Source: Planctomycetota bacterium
Lineage (GTDB): Bacteria > Planctomycetota > MHYJ01 > WSZJ01
Assembly: GCA_038060895.1 (NCBI GenBank)
Contig: JBBTCT010000009.1
Coordinates: 336,082-400,081 of the forward strand
Reading direction: 5' to 3'
Length of the DNA: 64,000 nt
Shown here: positions 37,862 through 49,545 of the stretch, piece after piece
Numbering within the stretch: the stretch's first letter is position 1
Layout of the letters: each line of letters begins with the position of its first letter
Notes under the pieces: generated by a model
Seen by the model: only the letters and a program-made list of their open reading frames with translations
Database searches by the model: none
What the model was told of the DNA's origin: nothing
Translations under genes and position numbers: made by a program

Positions 37862-39376
37862 ATGCGCCCCCTGCTGCCCGTCGCCCTGCTTTCCCTTTTC
37901 GCCGTCTCCGCTTCAGCCGGATTCAAGGACGGCGTGTACACCTCGGCCGAGCACGGGACGCGCTTCAAACTCCCCAAGGACTGGAAACTCGAGGAGACGA
38001 AGTCGGAGGACGGCAAGGTCGCGAAGCTCCAGAGCGCTGACAGGAAAACGGACGGAGTTTTCCGGCATGTGAAGGAGGGGATGGGGGCTTCGAAGCATGC
38101 AAAGTGGCGGTCGAAGGAGTGGGAGAAAAAGGGCGCTGCGGTGACGTGGGACAGCGAGGAGAAACCGGAGGGGCGGGAAGGGGACTGGCTGAAGGTCGTT
38201 CTGGACATGGAGGCGGGGCCGGACGAGTACAAGTCGGTTCATCTCTTCTTTTCGAAGGGAACGGACGACTTCGAATTTGCGCTGATGACCCGGGTCGAGG
38301 GGTGGGGCGACGCAGAGAAGGTGATCAACGAAATCCTCGCTTCGCTGGAATTCGGGGAATTCAAGGAGGATGCCGGAGAAGCGCCGGCAGGAGGAGCGGC
38401 ACAGGCGGGAATGGGGCTGATGTGGGCGGACGCGGCGCGCGGCATCGCGGTGCGCGGGGCGGCAGGGTGGAAGTACCGCACGGAGGACTTCCGCATCCAC
38501 GATCCCAACGAAATCGTGGAGTGGGAGACCGGCGACGAGGAAGTTCTGGTCTGCCTGTCGGAAATCGCGAACGACGGGGCGCTGGACGCGAAGACGTGGG
38601 CGGATCTGACGGTGAAAGCGCTTGGAAATTCCTTCAAGAACCAGAAGCTCGTCGAGGCCGTTTCTCCGGCCGGAACCGAACGCCGCGACTTCACCGCGGA
38701 GAGCGAAGGCCGCCCGGTTCGATTCGCTTACCTTTTCTTCACCCGCCACGACAAGTCCTACTACCTGCAGGTCATGGCGATGGGGGAGACCTGGGACAAG
38801 TCGAAGGACCTCGTGGAGGGAATGTTCGCGAGCCTCGCTCTGGGCGACGTGGCGGCCCAGGTGGAAGAGATGAAGTCGCAGCCGGCCGCGGGAGCCGGAA
38901 CGACGGACGGGAAAGGAAACGGCGCGGAAACGGCGGAGGGCGGCAAGGAAGTCCTGCTGCCGAATCCGTGGGAAGGATGTGGTAAGGGCTCATGGTCGAA
39001 ATACAACCTGGTCTCCGAAGCGTCGGGGACGAAGACGGAGATGGAGATGACCACGACGCTCGTGGACTTCGACGCCGAGACCTACACCGTCAAGACGGAC
39101 ATGGTCATGGGCGGCAATGCCATTCCCGGACAGGAGCAGAAAGTCAACCGGCGCCAGAAAGTGGCCGGCGATGAAGCGACGAAGCCGGAAGAGGGCGACG
39201 AGAAGATCACGGTGCCGAAAGGAGAGTTTTCCTGCCACTGGACCCGGACAAAATCGGCCCAGGGATGGTCGCAGGCGTGGACCTGCAGCGATGTTCCCGG
39301 GCAGACCGTCAAGGCGGTCTCTGAGTACGGAGGTTCCAGGAGCGTCATGGAGCTGGTCGAATTCCAAAAGAAGTGA
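37862..39376 (+). CDS. Exported hypothetical protein (two similar beta-rich domains plus a C-terminal EKITVPKGEF domain)
   Basis: Signal peptide MRPLLPVALLSLFAVSASA. Two similar units, each ending in ...ASL(E/A)(F/L)G. Gly/Ala linkers. Confidence 0.75.
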   Translation: MRPLLPVALLSLFAVSASAGFKDGVYTSAEHGTRFKLPKDWKLEETKSEDGKVAKLQSADRKTDGVFRHVKEGMGASKHAKWRSKEWEKKGAAVTWDSEEKPEGREGDWLKVVLDMEAGPDEYKSVHLFFSKGTDDFEFALMTRVEGWGDAEKVINEILASLEFGEFKEDAGEAPAGGAAQAGMGLMWADAARGIAVRGAAGWKYRTEDFRIHDPNEIVEWETGDEEVLVCLSEIANDGALDAKTWADLTVKALGNSFKNQKLVEAVSPAGTERRDFTAESEGRPVRFAYLFFTRHDKSYYLQVMAMGETWDKSKDLVEGMFASLALGDVAAQVEEMKSQPAAGAGTTDGKGNGAETAEGGKEVLLPNPWEGCGKGSWSKYNLVSEASGTKTEMEMTTTLVDFDAETYTVKTDMVMGGNAIPGQEQKVNRRQKVAGDEATKPEEGDEKITVPKGEFSCHWTRTKSAQGWSQAWTCSDVPGQTVKAVSEYGGSRSVMELVEFQKK

Positions 39377-39444
39377 GGGCGCCGGTGGGGCAGTCCTGCC
39401 TTTTTCTGTCCGGCCCTCGTGGGCGCCGCTAGACTTCTTTCCCC

Positions 39445-41058
39445 ATGTCACGCGGCAAGAGCAAGTCGAATGCGGCTGCGAAAGCGGCCTCCGCGCCCCC
39501 GCCGCCCGCTTCCGCGGCCAGTCCGCTCCAGCGCCTTGAGGAAATGAAGAAGCGTGCGCTTCTGGGCGGAGGCGTCGAGCGGATCGAAAAGCAGCATGCA
39601 GCGGGGAAGCTGACCGCCCGGGAGCGCGTGGACCTGCTGCTGGACGAAGGGACGTTCGACGAGTTCGGGATGTTCGTCACGCACAACTGCGACGCGTTCG
39701 GGATGGGAAAGCAGAGAGTGCCGGGGGATGGCGTGGTGACGGGAGTCGGGAAAGTGGACGGGCGGCCCGTGGCCGTGTTCTCGCAAGACTTCACGGTGTT
39801 CGGCGGTTCGCTCGGGCTCGCCCATGCGGGCAAGATTTGCCGTCTGATGGATCTGGCGCTGAAGGTCGGGATGCCGGTCATCGGACTGAACGACTCGGGA
39901 GGGGCGCGCATCCAGGAAGGCGTCGAGTCGCTCGGGGGATATGCCGACATTTTCCTGCGCAACACGCTGGCGTCCGGCGTGGTCCCTCAGATCAGCGCCA
40001 TCATGGGTCCCTGCGCCGGCGGAGCCGTGTATTCCCCCGCGATCACGGATTTCACGTTCATGGTCGAGGGTACGAGCTACATGTTCGTCACCGGGCCGAA
40101 CGTGATCCGGACCGTGACGCATGAGGAAGTCACCAGCGAAACGCTGGGCGGCGCCGCAGTGCACAACGAGACTTCCGGAGTCGCACACTTCCAGTCACGC
40201 AACGAAGCGGAGTGCCTCCAGTCGATCCGGAAGCTGCTCTCGTACCTGCCCGGGAACAATCTAGACGAAGCCCCGTCCGTCGTTTGCGACGTTCCTCCGG
40301 ACCGGCGTGATCCGAAACTGAACTCAGTCATTCCCGCCGATCCGAAGAAACCCTACGACATGAAAGACGTCATCGGCGCCGTTGTCGATCCCGGCACGTT
40401 TTTCGAGGTCGCCGCGAGATTCGCCCAGAACATCATCGTCGGCTTCGCCCGATTCCACGGCCGCGTCGCCGGGATCGTCGCCCAGCAACCCGCAGTTCTC
40501 GCGGGGTGCCTCGACATCAACTCCTCGATCAAGGGCGCACGCTTCGTCCGCTTCTGCGACGCATTCAACATTCCCCTCGTCACCTTCGAGGACGTGCCCG
40601 GATTCCTGCCGGGCGTGACGCAGGAGCACGGTGGGATCATCCGTAACGGCGCCAAGCTCCTGTACGCCTACTGCGAAGCGACGGTGCCGAAGATCACGGT
40701 CATCACGCGCAAGGCCTACGGTGGGGCGTACGACGTGATGTCATCGAAACACGTCCGAGGCGACGTCAACATCGCCTGGCCGGGCGCCGAGATCGCCGTC
40801 ATGGGCGCGGAGGGCGCCGTGAATATCCTCTTCAAGAGGGAGATCGAGGCAGCTTCCAACCCGGCGGCGGAGCGGGCGAAGCTGGTTGCGGAGTACCGGG
40901 AACGGTTTGCGAATCCCTACATTGCCGCAGGAAAAGGGTACGTAGACAAGGTGATCGAGCCCGCCGATACGCGGCGGGAGATCTGCCGCGCGATGGAGAT
41001 GCTGCGCGGGAAGCGGGAGAGCGTGCCGGCGAAGAAGCACGGGAACATTCCCCTGTGA
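39445..41058 (+). CDS. pccB: Acyl-CoA carboxylase carboxyltransferase beta subunit (PccB-like)
   Basis: [53 protein letters not shown]. Confidence 0.92.
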   Translation: MSRGKSKSNAAAKAASAPPPPASAASPLQRLEEMKKRALLGGGVERIEKQHAAGKLTARERVDLLLDEGTFDEFGMFVTHNCDAFGMGKQRVPGDGVVTGVGKVDGRPVAVFSQDFTVFGGSLGLAHAGKICRLMDLALKVGMPVIGLNDSGGARIQEGVESLGGYADIFLRNTLASGVVPQISAIMGPCAGGAVYSPAITDFTFMVEGTSYMFVTGPNVIRTVTHEEVTSETLGGAAVHNETSGVAHFQSRNEAECLQSIRKLLSYLPGNNLDEAPSVVCDVPPDRRDPKLNSVIPADPKKPYDMKDVIGAVVDPGTFFEVAARFAQNIIVGFARFHGRVAGIVAQQPAVLAGCLDINSSIKGARFVRFCDAFNIPLVTFEDVPGFLPGVTQEHGGIIRNGAKLLYAYCEATVPKITVITRKAYGGAYDVMSSKHVRGDVNIAWPGAEIAVMGAEGAVNILFKREIEAASNPAAERAKLVAEYRERFANPYIAAGKGYVDKVIEPADTRREICRAMEMLRGKRESVPAKKHGNIPL

Positions 41059-42572
41059 AGTCGCGCGGGATCCGGAAGCTGCTGGTGGCGAACCGCGGGG
41101 AAATCGCGGTGAGGGTGATGCGCAGCGCGCGGGAGATGGGGATCCGGACGGTGGCGGTCTACTCCGACGCCGACGAATCCGCGCCGCACGTACAGGCGGC
41201 GGACGAGGCGTACCGGCTCGGGGCCGCGCCGGCGAAGGAGAGCTACCTTCGCGGCGACCGGATCCTGGAAGTAGCGAGAAAATCCGGGGCTGACGCGATC
41301 CACCCGGGCTACGGTTTCCTCTCGGAAAACGCCATTTTCGCAAAGCAATGTGCGGACGCCGCCGTGATTTTTGTCGGCCCCTCGCCTCAGTCCATCGACG
41401 CGATCGGCAACAAAGTCCATGCGCGGCAGGCCGCGAAGAAGGCGGGTGTGCCGACCGTGCCAGGGCTGGACCGCGCGGTGAAGGAGGGAGAGGACATCTC
41501 CGGTCTTGCGACGAAAATAGGGTTTCCAGTCCTGATCAAGGCGGCGGCCGGCGGCGGAGGGCGGGGGATGCGCGTTGTCCGTGAACCCGGCGAACTCTCG
41601 CGGAACATTCGCGAAGCGAGGGGCGAAGCGGCCGCTTCATTCGGCGACGGAAGCGTTTTCATCGAGCGCTACGTCGAGAAGCCGAGGCACATCGAGATTC
41701 AGGTGTTCGGGGACACGCGCGGCAACATGGTGCACCTGAACGAGCGTGAATGTTCGATCCAGCGGAGGCACCAGAAACTCGTCGAGGAAGCCCCGAGTCC
41801 GGCGGTCGACGCGAAACTGCGCGCGAAGATGGGGGAGACGGCGGTCCGCCTGGCGAAGGCCGTCAAATATCACGGGGCGGGAACGATGGAATTCCTGCTC
41901 GACCGCAGCGGGAGTTTCTATTTCCTTGAGATGAACACCCGGCTCCAGGTCGAGCACACCGTGACCGAAATGACCACCGGCACCGACCTCGTGAAAGCCC
42001 AGCTCGCGGTGGCCGAGGGCGCTGCCCTCCCCTGGAAACAGGAGGAACTTGCGCCACGCGGACACGCCATCGAGGCCCGCATCACCGCCGAGGATCCCTT
42101 TTCAAATTTCTCCCCGCAGGCGGGACCGATACTCGGCCTCGCCGTCCCGGGCGGGCCGCATACCCGTTGGGACTCCGGGATCCGCGAGGGCGGCGCAATT
42201 TCGATGTTTTACGATTCCATGATCGCCAAACTCGTCTGCTGGGGCAGCGACCGCCACGAAGCGATCGAAAGGCTTCGGCGCGCCCTGGCCGAACTGGTCA
42301 TCGCAGGGGTCCCGACCCTCGTCCCTTTCCACCTCCACCTTCTCGCGGACAAGCGCTTCCGCAAGGGCGACTTCCACACGGGGTTCGTCGAGCAGGAATT
42401 CTCGATGGAAGGACTCGACCGGCCGCACCTTTCGGAAGCGGCCGCGATTGCCGCGGCGCTGGAGTATCGGCGGAGACGCCAGGAATCTCCCGAGGGCAAC
42501 GGGAGTTCCGGATGCGGGTCCGAGACGCGGGCCTGGAAGCAGAGCGCCTTGCGCGAGGGACTCCGCCGATGA
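41055..42572 (+). CDS. Biotin carboxylase subunit
   Basis: [47 protein letters not shown]. No fused biotinyl domain. Confidence 0.93.
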   Translation: MKSRGIRKLLVANRGEIAVRVMRSAREMGIRTVAVYSDADESAPHVQAADEAYRLGAAPAKESYLRGDRILEVARKSGADAIHPGYGFLSENAIFAKQCADAAVIFVGPSPQSIDAIGNKVHARQAAKKAGVPTVPGLDRAVKEGEDISGLATKIGFPVLIKAAAGGGGRGMRVVREPGELSRNIREARGEAAASFGDGSVFIERYVEKPRHIEIQVFGDTRGNMVHLNERECSIQRRHQKLVEEAPSPAVDAKLRAKMGETAVRLAKAVKYHGAGTMEFLLDRSGSFYFLEMNTRLQVEHTVTEMTTGTDLVKAQLAVAEGAALPWKQEELAPRGHAIEARITAEDPFSNFSPQAGPILGLAVPGGPHTRWDSGIREGGAISMFYDSMIAKLVCWGSDRHEAIERLRRALAELVIAGVPTLVPFHLHLLADKRFRKGDFHTGFVEQEFSMEGLDRPHLSEAAAIAAALEYRRRRQESPEGNGSSGCGSETRAWKQSALREGLRR

Positions 42573-43075
42573 GATTTGCCCTCCGGCATGGCGAAGACCG
42601 GTTCGAGATCTCCGTTGAGGAAGAAGCGGGCGGCTATTGCGTGTCTGACGGAAAGTCGACCTGGCACATCCGCTTCGACGACCGTCGCGGAGCCGTGCGC
42701 GGCGTCGTAGTCGACGACGCAAGGCACACGGTCGGGGTGGCCCGGAAGGGAGAGACGTGGGACGTCGTGCTTGAAGGAATCAACTACGAGTTCCTGACGC
42801 GAGACGCGCGATTTGAAAAACTCCTCGAACTCCAGCAGGCGCGCAGCGGGGTCGCTTCCGGCCGCGCCGAGATAAGAGCGCCGATTCCGGGGCTGGTGAC
42901 GAATCTGCTGAAGGCCGAGGGCGACGAAGTCCAGGAAGGCGAGCCTGTGCTGGTGCTCGCGGCCATGAAGCTGGAGAACGAGATCCGCGCGCCGCGAGGG
43001 GGAAAGATCGTGGAGATCCGCACGAAAGCCGGCGCGGCGGTGGAAAAGGGCGAGCTTCTGGCGGTGATCGAGTGA
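42569..43075 (+). CDS. Biotin carboxyl carrier protein
   Basis: APIPGLV...LAAMKLENEI (biotin-accepting MK). ATGA overlap with the biotin carboxylase gene. Confidence 0.9.
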   Translation: MRFALRHGEDRFEISVEEEAGGYCVSDGKSTWHIRFDDRRGAVRGVVVDDARHTVGVARKGETWDVVLEGINYEFLTRDARFEKLLELQQARSGVASGRAEIRAPIPGLVTNLLKAEGDEVQEGEPVLVLAAMKLENEIRAPRGGKIVEIRTKAGAAVEKGELLAVIE

Positions 43076-43383
43076 AACGAAGCGAGGAGCGAGGGAAGCG
43101 GCCGCCCGGCGCGGCGCGGAAGGCGGCGGACTTCGTTCCCGGGACAAGCCGGCCGAAGCGGAACGTGGCGGAGACGGAAATTGAGAAGGCGCTATTCGGC
43201 GGCGGCAGAACCATCGAACTGTACGCGGTGCTCCCGTCGGGGCTCGCGTTGCGACGGACGGCAGAAGGTCTGTGGGTCGCCGCGGTCGCGAGCGACAAGG
43301 ACTTGTCGCGCGCCGTGTCGAGGTACCTGCGGCAACGCGGGGTGCGCGTGTTGACCCCGGCGGAAGCGCTCGCCGGGCGCTGA
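43072..43383 (+). CDS. Small hypothetical protein coupled to the carboxylase operon
   Basis: GTGA overlap with the BCCP stop. No motif recognised. Confidence 0.55.
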   Translation: MKRSEERGKRPPGAARKAADFVPGTSRPKRNVAETEIEKALFGGGRTIELYAVLPSGLALRRTAEGLWVAAVASDKDLSRAVSRYLRQRGVRVLTPAEALAGR

Positions 43384-43448
43384 CACGGTGCGCGGACGAG
43401 CCGGGAGCAGCGTGATATGATGCGCGCCCTTCGTCGGAGAAGCCGCGA

Positions 43449-45869
43449 ATGATGCGCCGGGTTGCCCTGCTTTCCCTCCTGGTTCTTGCCGGGTGCGGGA
43501 AGGAACCGCCGGCGCCCGTGATTGGCAAACAGGCGGGTAGTGGAACCGGCGCGAACTTCCCGGTCGAGCCCGCCCCGGTGCCGGTCCCTGCGGGACCGAT
43601 TGATGAGGCTGCACGGCTGCAGTCGCTCGCCAGGGATTGCGAAAAGCAGTTCGAATCCGCGGACCCTCTGGTGCGCGCGAATGCCGTCCGTGTCATCGAG
43701 GCCTGTGGCGAGGACGGCGTCGCACTGCTTCGCACGGGACTCATGGACCGCGACCCGCTCGTCAGGGTTGAGGCGGCTTCGGTTTGGACCCGGGTTGCCA
43801 GGGACGCGACGGAGGCGATTTCCGTCCTCATCGAGGAAATCTCGTCGCCGGGCGGGGGACTCGATCTCCGGATTACTGCCATCCGTGCGATCGCCGACCT
43901 TGGCCCGCGCGCTCACGCCGCAGTTCCCGCGCTCGTTGGTGCGCTCTGCCTCGCTTCCGGCGAGAACACCGAGGCGATGGATGCGCTCGCTGCCATCGGG
44001 GACCCCGCCCTCCTTCCCGTGATCGAGGCTGCCCGTCGTTCACCGGATTCTTCCGCTCGGGCCCGCGCCCTGCGGCTTCTTTCGAGGATGGCCCCTTTCA
44101 ACGGGGACGCCGTCGAAGTCATGCGCGAAGCGCTGATGAGCCCGGACCCCGTCTTGCGCGCCGGCGGCGCGGCCGCCCTCGGCCCGGCGGCCGCGGACCA
44201 CGACAGCATCGTCGATGCGCTCGCGCCCTTCCTCTCCGACCCCGACGGGATCGTCCGGGCCGCGGCCGGAGGCGCAATGCGACAGGCCGGTCGCCGTTCA
44301 CTTCGCGCAGGCGAAGCGCTCGTCCGGGCTCTTCGCGACGACCTCGCCGGCCAGCCGGTCGCCACCTTGCTCTGCGAACTCGGGCCCGAGGCCGCGCCGC
44401 TTCTCGACCCCATCCGTGCTCTGCTGACGGACCGCGATCCGTCCGTCGCTGCCCGCGCGGCGCTGGCGCTGAGTGCGATGGGCGCCGCGGCCACCGCGGC
44501 GATTCCAGACCTGATGTGCGCCTGGGAGGCGTCGATGAAGTCCGGAAGCGGGTCAGCGTCGCGCGCTTCCCTGACGGGCGCGATCGCCCGGATGGGGGAC
44601 CTGGCCGTCGTGCCGGTCCTTGACCTGCTGAAGGGTAGTCCCTCGCGCGAGACAAAGAGCGGCTGCCTGGAATTGCTGGCGGAGCTTTCCATGCGAAGCG
44701 CGGATGCGGTCGGGGCCCTGGCGGACTGCCTGCACGATGACCTGCTTCGCGACGAAGTCGTCCTGCTGCTCGCTCGCCTGGGTCCGTTCGCGTGGCGCTC
44801 GGCCGCGGACCTGATTCAGGCGGAGCGCCTGGCGAAGTCTGACTCGAGCCGCGAACAGATCTTCAGGGCGATCGGCGCCATCGGCGTCCGGGACGTCGCG
44901 AATGTCCACGCGGTAAGGGAAATGATGCCACGGGCCGGCAACCGCGCGACGGACCTGATCGAGAGCCTTGTGACCGCCGGGCCGGACGGCGTCCTCAGCC
45001 TTCGCCGACTGCTGCTATTCGAGCCAGGCGCGCCGGACCGGCGCCGCCTGGCTGTCGAAGTGCTCAGTGCGATGCCCGGGGGTGTTGACGGGGAGGTGTC
45101 GGTCCTGACCGATCTGCTCTCGCACGCGGATTCCGAAACCCGCCGCGCCGCGGCACGGGCCTTGTTCACGGTTCGCCATCTTCCGCCGGCGACGATACAG
45201 GCGCTGGGGAATCTGCTGACCGACGCGAGCCCCCGGGTTCGCAGGGCCGCGGTCGTCGCGCTCGCCCGCAGCGGGCAATCGGCCGCGCCCGTCGCCGCCC
45301 GCCTGCGCGCCTGCGAAAGCGACACGGAGTCCGAAGTTCGTTGCCTCTCCCTCCTCGCCCTCGCCACATCCGGCTCCGAGCCCGGGGCGAAGGACATGAT
45401 TCTGGACACGCTTCTCAACGACACGCGAGCCTCCTCGCGCGCTTCCGCGGCCCGGGCCCTCGCACGCCTGGCTTCACCCGGGAAGGACGTTGTCGCTGCG
45501 CTCGCCACGGCGCTCAAGGACAGGGAAAGCGAAGTTGTCACGGAAGCCCTGCTCGCCCTCGCGATCCTGCGCGCGGACGAGAAAATCTCCGATCGCGAAC
45601 TCAAGAGGCGCGATGCGAATACCACGGCGGATTTTGGCGCCGCGGTGGTCTGGGCCTGCCGCAACAGGAACGCCGGCCGCGCCGTGAGGATCCTCATTGA
45701 CTCCCTCCGCGCCGGGCTTCCAGACAGCCAGGAGGAAATCGCCACGTCTCTCCTTGTCCAGCTCGGTCCCGGCGATCCGGAGGCCCGCCGGGAACTGCTC
45801 GCGCTCTGTGCGGGCGACTGGCCCGGGCGACACTCCTTCAGGCTGGCGCTCGCTTCGAGGACAAGGTGA
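43449..45869 (+). CDS. HEAT-repeat lipoprotein
   Basis: Lipobox LAG-C. Many HEAT units ([37 protein letters not shown]). Confidence 0.85.
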   Translation: MMRRVALLSLLVLAGCGKEPPAPVIGKQAGSGTGANFPVEPAPVPVPAGPIDEAARLQSLARDCEKQFESADPLVRANAVRVIEACGEDGVALLRTGLMDRDPLVRVEAASVWTRVARDATEAISVLIEEISSPGGGLDLRITAIRAIADLGPRAHAAVPALVGALCLASGENTEAMDALAAIGDPALLPVIEAARRSPDSSARARALRLLSRMAPFNGDAVEVMREALMSPDPVLRAGGAAALGPAAADHDSIVDALAPFLSDPDGIVRAAAGGAMRQAGRRSLRAGEALVRALRDDLAGQPVATLLCELGPEAAPLLDPIRALLTDRDPSVAARAALALSAMGAAATAAIPDLMCAWEASMKSGSGSASRASLTGAIARMGDLAVVPVLDLLKGSPSRETKSGCLELLAELSMRSADAVGALADCLHDDLLRDEVVLLLARLGPFAWRSAADLIQAERLAKSDSSREQIFRAIGAIGVRDVANVHAVREMMPRAGNRATDLIESLVTAGPDGVLSLRRLLLFEPGAPDRRRLAVEVLSAMPGGVDGEVSVLTDLLSHADSETRRAAARALFTVRHLPPATIQALGNLLTDASPRVRRAAVVALARSGQSAAPVAARLRACESDTESEVRCLSLLALATSGSEPGAKDMILDTLLNDTRASSRASAARALARLASPGKDVVAALATALKDRESEVVTEALLALAILRADEKISDRELKRRDANTTADFGAAVVWACRNRNAGRAVRILIDSLRAGLPDSQEEIATSLLVQLGPGDPEARRELLALCAGDWPGRHSFRLALASRTR

Positions 45870-45873
45870 CCCG

Positions 45874-47460
45874 ATGAGCTCTTCACGAAAAAAGGACCGC
45901 GAGCGCGTCGTGACGACGAGCGGCATTCCCGTCGAGCTCGTCGCCGGTCCTCCTGCCGCGCCGCTTTCCCTGCCCCGGCCCGGCGAGTTCCCCTTTACGC
46001 GCGGCATTCATCCGGAAATGTTCCGTTCGCGGCTCTGGACGATGCGGCAGTACAGCGGGTTCGGCACCGCCGCGCAGACCAACCGGCGCTTCCGCTATCT
46101 CCTCGATCGCGGGCAGACGGGGTTGTCGTGTGCGTTCGACCTGCCGACGCAGATGGGCCTGGATCCGGACGACGCGATGGCGGAAGGAGAAGTAGGAAAG
46201 GTTGGAGTTTCGATTGGATCGATCGAGGACATGAGGGATCTGCTGGAAGGAATTCCGCTCGAGCAGGTGACCCTGTCCATGACGATCAACGCCACGGCGG
46301 CGGTGCTCCTGGCGCTGGTCGTCGCGGTCGCGGAAGAGAAGGGAGTGCCCGCGGAGAAGCTGGGCGGGACGGTGCAGAACGACGTCCTCAAGGAATACAT
46401 CGCGCGCGGGACGTACATCTACCCTCCCGCGGCGAGCCTGCGGCTCACGACGGACATCATCGAGCACTGCGTGAAGGCGATGCCGAAATGGAACCCCATT
46501 TCGATCTCGGGGTACCACATCCGGGAAGCGGGATCGACGGCGGCGCAGGAAATCGGATTCACGCTGGCGAACGGCGCTGCGTACTTGACACACTGCGTCA
46601 AACGCGGGCTCGACCCCGACGCCGTCGGCCGCCAGGTTTCATTTTTCTTCAACGCGCACAACAACTTCCTGGAGGAAATCGCCAAGTACCGCGCCGCGAG
46701 ACGGATCTGGGCCGGGATGATGAAGGACCGTTTCCATTCGACGGACCCCCGCGCGCAGACGCTCCGGTTTCACGCCCAGACCGCGGGGTCAACCCTCGCC
46801 GCACGGGAACCCGAGAACAACGTCACGCGAGTCGCCCTCCAGGCCATGGCTGCAGTCCTCGGGGGATGCCAGTCGCTTCATACGAATTCCCGCGATGAGG
46901 CCCTCTCCCTGCCGACCGAGGACTCGGTCCGGATCGCGCTTCGAACTCAGCAGATCCTCGCGCTTGAGACCGGAGTTCCCGCAGTGGCCGACCCGCTCGG
47001 GGGATCGTGGTTCCTGGAGCGGATGACGGATGATCTCGAGAAGCTGGCGCGGGAGTACATCGACCGGATTGACGGGATGGGGGGGGCCGTGGCGGCGATC
47101 CAGGCCGGGTACGTGCAGAGGGAAATCGAGAGGGCGGCCTACGACGCCCAGAAGGCGCAGGATTCCGGTGAAGCGATCGTGGTGGGGGTCAATGCCTACG
47201 CGGACGAGGGGGCACCCGACATTCCGACGCTCAGGATCGACGGGAAGGATCGGGCGCGGGCGGCGAAGAAACTGGCCGCCCTCAGGAAGAATCGAGGGGC
47301 TGGCCGGGTGAAGGAATCGCTGGAGCGGCTGCGCGACGCGGCGCGTTCCGAGACGAACCTTTTTCACCTGATTCTCGATGCGGTGAAGGCGAGGGCGACG
47401 CTCGGTGAAATCTGCGGCGCGATGAAACAGGAATTCGGAAAGTACTCCCCGCCGAAGTAG
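45874..47460 (+). CDS. Methylmalonyl-CoA mutase, substrate-binding large subunit (no B12-binding domain)
   Basis: [55 protein letters not shown]. No DxHxxG motif. Confidence 0.93.
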   Translation: MSSSRKKDRERVVTTSGIPVELVAGPPAAPLSLPRPGEFPFTRGIHPEMFRSRLWTMRQYSGFGTAAQTNRRFRYLLDRGQTGLSCAFDLPTQMGLDPDDAMAEGEVGKVGVSIGSIEDMRDLLEGIPLEQVTLSMTINATAAVLLALVVAVAEEKGVPAEKLGGTVQNDVLKEYIARGTYIYPPAASLRLTTDIIEHCVKAMPKWNPISISGYHIREAGSTAAQEIGFTLANGAAYLTHCVKRGLDPDAVGRQVSFFFNAHNNFLEEIAKYRAARRIWAGMMKDRFHSTDPRAQTLRFHAQTAGSTLAAREPENNVTRVALQAMAAVLGGCQSLHTNSRDEALSLPTEDSVRIALRTQQILALETGVPAVADPLGGSWFLERMTDDLEKLAREYIDRIDGMGGAVAAIQAGYVQREIERAAYDAQKAQDSGEAIVVGVNAYADEGAPDIPTLRIDGKDRARAAKKLAALRKNRGAGRVKESLERLRDAARSETNLFHLILDAVKARATLGEICGAMKQEFGKYSPPK

Positions 47461-47464
47461 TGCT

Positions 47465-48742
47465 TTACGCCGCCAGCACGAGGAACAGGGCGCCGACGGT
47501 TGCGGCGCAGGTGATGCCGAGGCCGACCGCCACGATCCGCCGGGCCTCCGTGCTCGCAAGGACGAGCGCGATGCCCAGCTTGACGAGGGTGTTCGCGCAC
47601 CCGGCGAGGACCACGGCGGCGGCGCCCTGCTGATAGGGGATGGAGCCGGATTTTGTCATGTCGGCCATGGCGAGAGTGATGGCATCCATGTCATTCAGGC
47701 CGGAGAGGAACGCGGACACGTAGGTCCATTGCGAGCCCCAGTCTTTCGCAAGGCGAAAGACGATCGTCACCACGGCGTACGCCAGTGCAAACGTAATCGC
47801 CGGCCTGAGTTCCACGGGATTCCGGTAGTGCACGACCCCCGTGTTCCCGGTGTGGGGAGCGGCATCCGCGCGACGGTAGGCGAAAGCCGCCATGAGAGCC
47901 GAGACTCCCAGGATGCCAACTCCGGCGGGAGCCAGGGTCCCGGCAAATCTCGGGTTCACGAACAGGGCCTCCGCCATGACGCGGATCCAGAGAACCGCGC
48001 AGGCCGCCAGGATCGCGAGCGCGCAGGACGCCGACAGTTCCGGTGTCTCGCGGCTCTTGCGGCTGAATGTCAAGGCGACCGCGGTGCTCGAGACGAGCCC
48101 GCCGACCAGCCCGGCAAGGCCCGTACCGGCTCGCGGGCCGACAAGGCGCGTCAGGATGTACCCGGCGAACCCGATTCCGGAAATCAACACCACCATCAGC
48201 CACGTCTTGTGGAAATTTACCGCCCACCAGCCGTTGCCGACAAGGCGGTCCGGAATCAACGGAAGCACCACGATCGAGATCACCCCGAACTTCAGCGCCG
48301 CCGCAAGATCCCTCTCCGGGAGGCGCTGGGCGAACTGGCGAAGCTGTTCGCGGCCGGCGAGAAGCGTCGTCATCAGCAGGGCGATGCTCGCGCACTCGAG
48401 CACCATGCCGCGCGCACACCCCGCGCCCAGCAGGTACGTCAGAACGAACGCCGCTTCCGTCGTCACTCCCGGGTGGCCCTCCCTCCCGGACCGCATATGG
48501 GCCGCGACGGCAAGCGCCGCCACGGAGAGGAGCCCCGCGACAAGGACGGCGTCGCCCTGGAGCAAAGCGCAGAGAAACCCGGCCAGGCTCGCAAGGGGGA
48601 AGGTGCGAATGCCCGCGAAAGGCACATGTCGTTCCTCGTGCGCCGACCGCTCCCGCTCCAGGCCGACCGACAGCCCGAGGAGCAGCGCCGCACCGCCGTC
48701 GATGAAAAACTTCGCTGAAGGAGTGTCGATCACCGGGTTCAT
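47465..48742 (-). CDS. MgtC/SapB-family membrane protein with long C-terminal membrane region (DUF4010 type)
   Basis: GLSVGLERE, AGIRTFPL, GVTTEAA, GGLVSSTAV, LSGLNDMDA, ANTLVK. Confidence 0.85.
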   Translation of the reverse strand: MNPVIDTPSAKFFIDGGAALLLGLSVGLERERSAHEERHVPFAGIRTFPLASLAGFLCALLQGDAVLVAGLLSVAALAVAAHMRSGREGHPGVTTEAAFVLTYLLGAGCARGMVLECASIALLMTTLLAGREQLRQFAQRLPERDLAAALKFGVISIVVLPLIPDRLVGNGWWAVNFHKTWLMVVLISGIGFAGYILTRLVGPRAGTGLAGLVGGLVSSTAVALTFSRKSRETPELSASCALAILAACAVLWIRVMAEALFVNPRFAGTLAPAGVGILGVSALMAAFAYRRADAAPHTGNTGVVHYRNPVELRPAITFALAYAVVTIVFRLAKDWGSQWTYVSAFLSGLNDMDAITLAMADMTKSGSIPYQQGAAAVVLAGCANTLVKLGIALVLASTEARRIVAVGLGITCAATVGALFLVLAA

Positions 48743-48796
48743 CCTCACCCAAACTCGCGGCGTGCGCAAGGCGGAGCGGACGCCTATACTTGACCC

Positions 48797-49204
48797 ATGG
48801 CGCGAACCTCTCTCAATCACGTCGGAATTGCCGTCCGCAAGATCGAGGACGCTCTTCCCCTGTACCGCCTCCTTGCGCCCGACTCCGAAGTGGAATACGA
48901 AGACGTCCCGGAAATGAAGGTTCGCGTGGCGAAGATCCACCTCGCCAACACCTGCCTCGAGCTGATCGAGCCGCTGCCTGGCGAGACGTCCATCACGAGG
49001 TTTCTCGAGAAGCGCGGCGAGGGGATACACCACGTCTGCCTCCAGGTCCAGGACGTTGAGGAGTCGACCAGGGTCTTGCAGTCCAACGGCTGCGACCCGG
49101 TCTACCCGGCTTCCCGTCCCGGCTCCGGCGGAATGAGAGTCAATTTCCTCAATCCGAAAAGTACGCGAGGGGTGCTCTTCGAGCTGAACAGCCCTGTCGA
49201 ATGA
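48797..49204 (+). CDS. mce: Methylmalonyl-CoA epimerase
   Basis: LNHVGIAV, LELIEP, FLEKRGEGIHHVC, GVLFEL. TATACT 6 nt upstream. Confidence 0.92.
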   Translation: MARTSLNHVGIAVRKIEDALPLYRLLAPDSEVEYEDVPEMKVRVAKIHLANTCLELIEPLPGETSITRFLEKRGEGIHHVCLQVQDVEESTRVLQSNGCDPVYPASRPGSGGMRVNFLNPKSTRGVLFELNSPVE

Positions 49205-49228
49205 TGCCTGCTGCGGGTTAGGTTTTCG

Positions 49229-49256
49229 TTGCCGTTGATTCGCTCCTACGTATAAT
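49229..49256 (+). promoter_or_regulatory. Promoter of acpP-fabF
   Basis: TTGCCG-N16-TATAAT. Confidence 0.6.
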
Positions 49257-49299
49257 TCGCGCCTTCAACCCTGACCCCAATTGTCGACGGAGGGAAAGC

Positions 49300-49545
49300 A
49301 TGCCGTCCCCGCAGGAAATACAGGACAAGGTCATCGAGATCGTCTGCAAGCAGCTCGGCGTCGGCAAAGAGAAAGTCAACCCCCAGACCTCGTTCGTCAA
49401 CGACCTGGGCGCCGACTCGCTCGACACCGTCGAACTCGTCATGGAAATCGAGGATGCCTTTGACCTCTCGATCCCGGACGAGGAGGCCGAGAAGATCCAG
49501 ACCGTCGGCGATGCGATCAATTACATTCAGAAGAACGTGAAGTAA
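49300..49545 (+). CDS. acpP: Acyl carrier protein
   Basis: [14 protein letters not shown] phosphopantetheine motif. Confidence 0.97.
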   Translation: MPSPQEIQDKVIEIVCKQLGVGKEKVNPQTSFVNDLGADSLDTVELVMEIEDAFDLSIPDEEAEKIQTVGDAINYIQKNVK

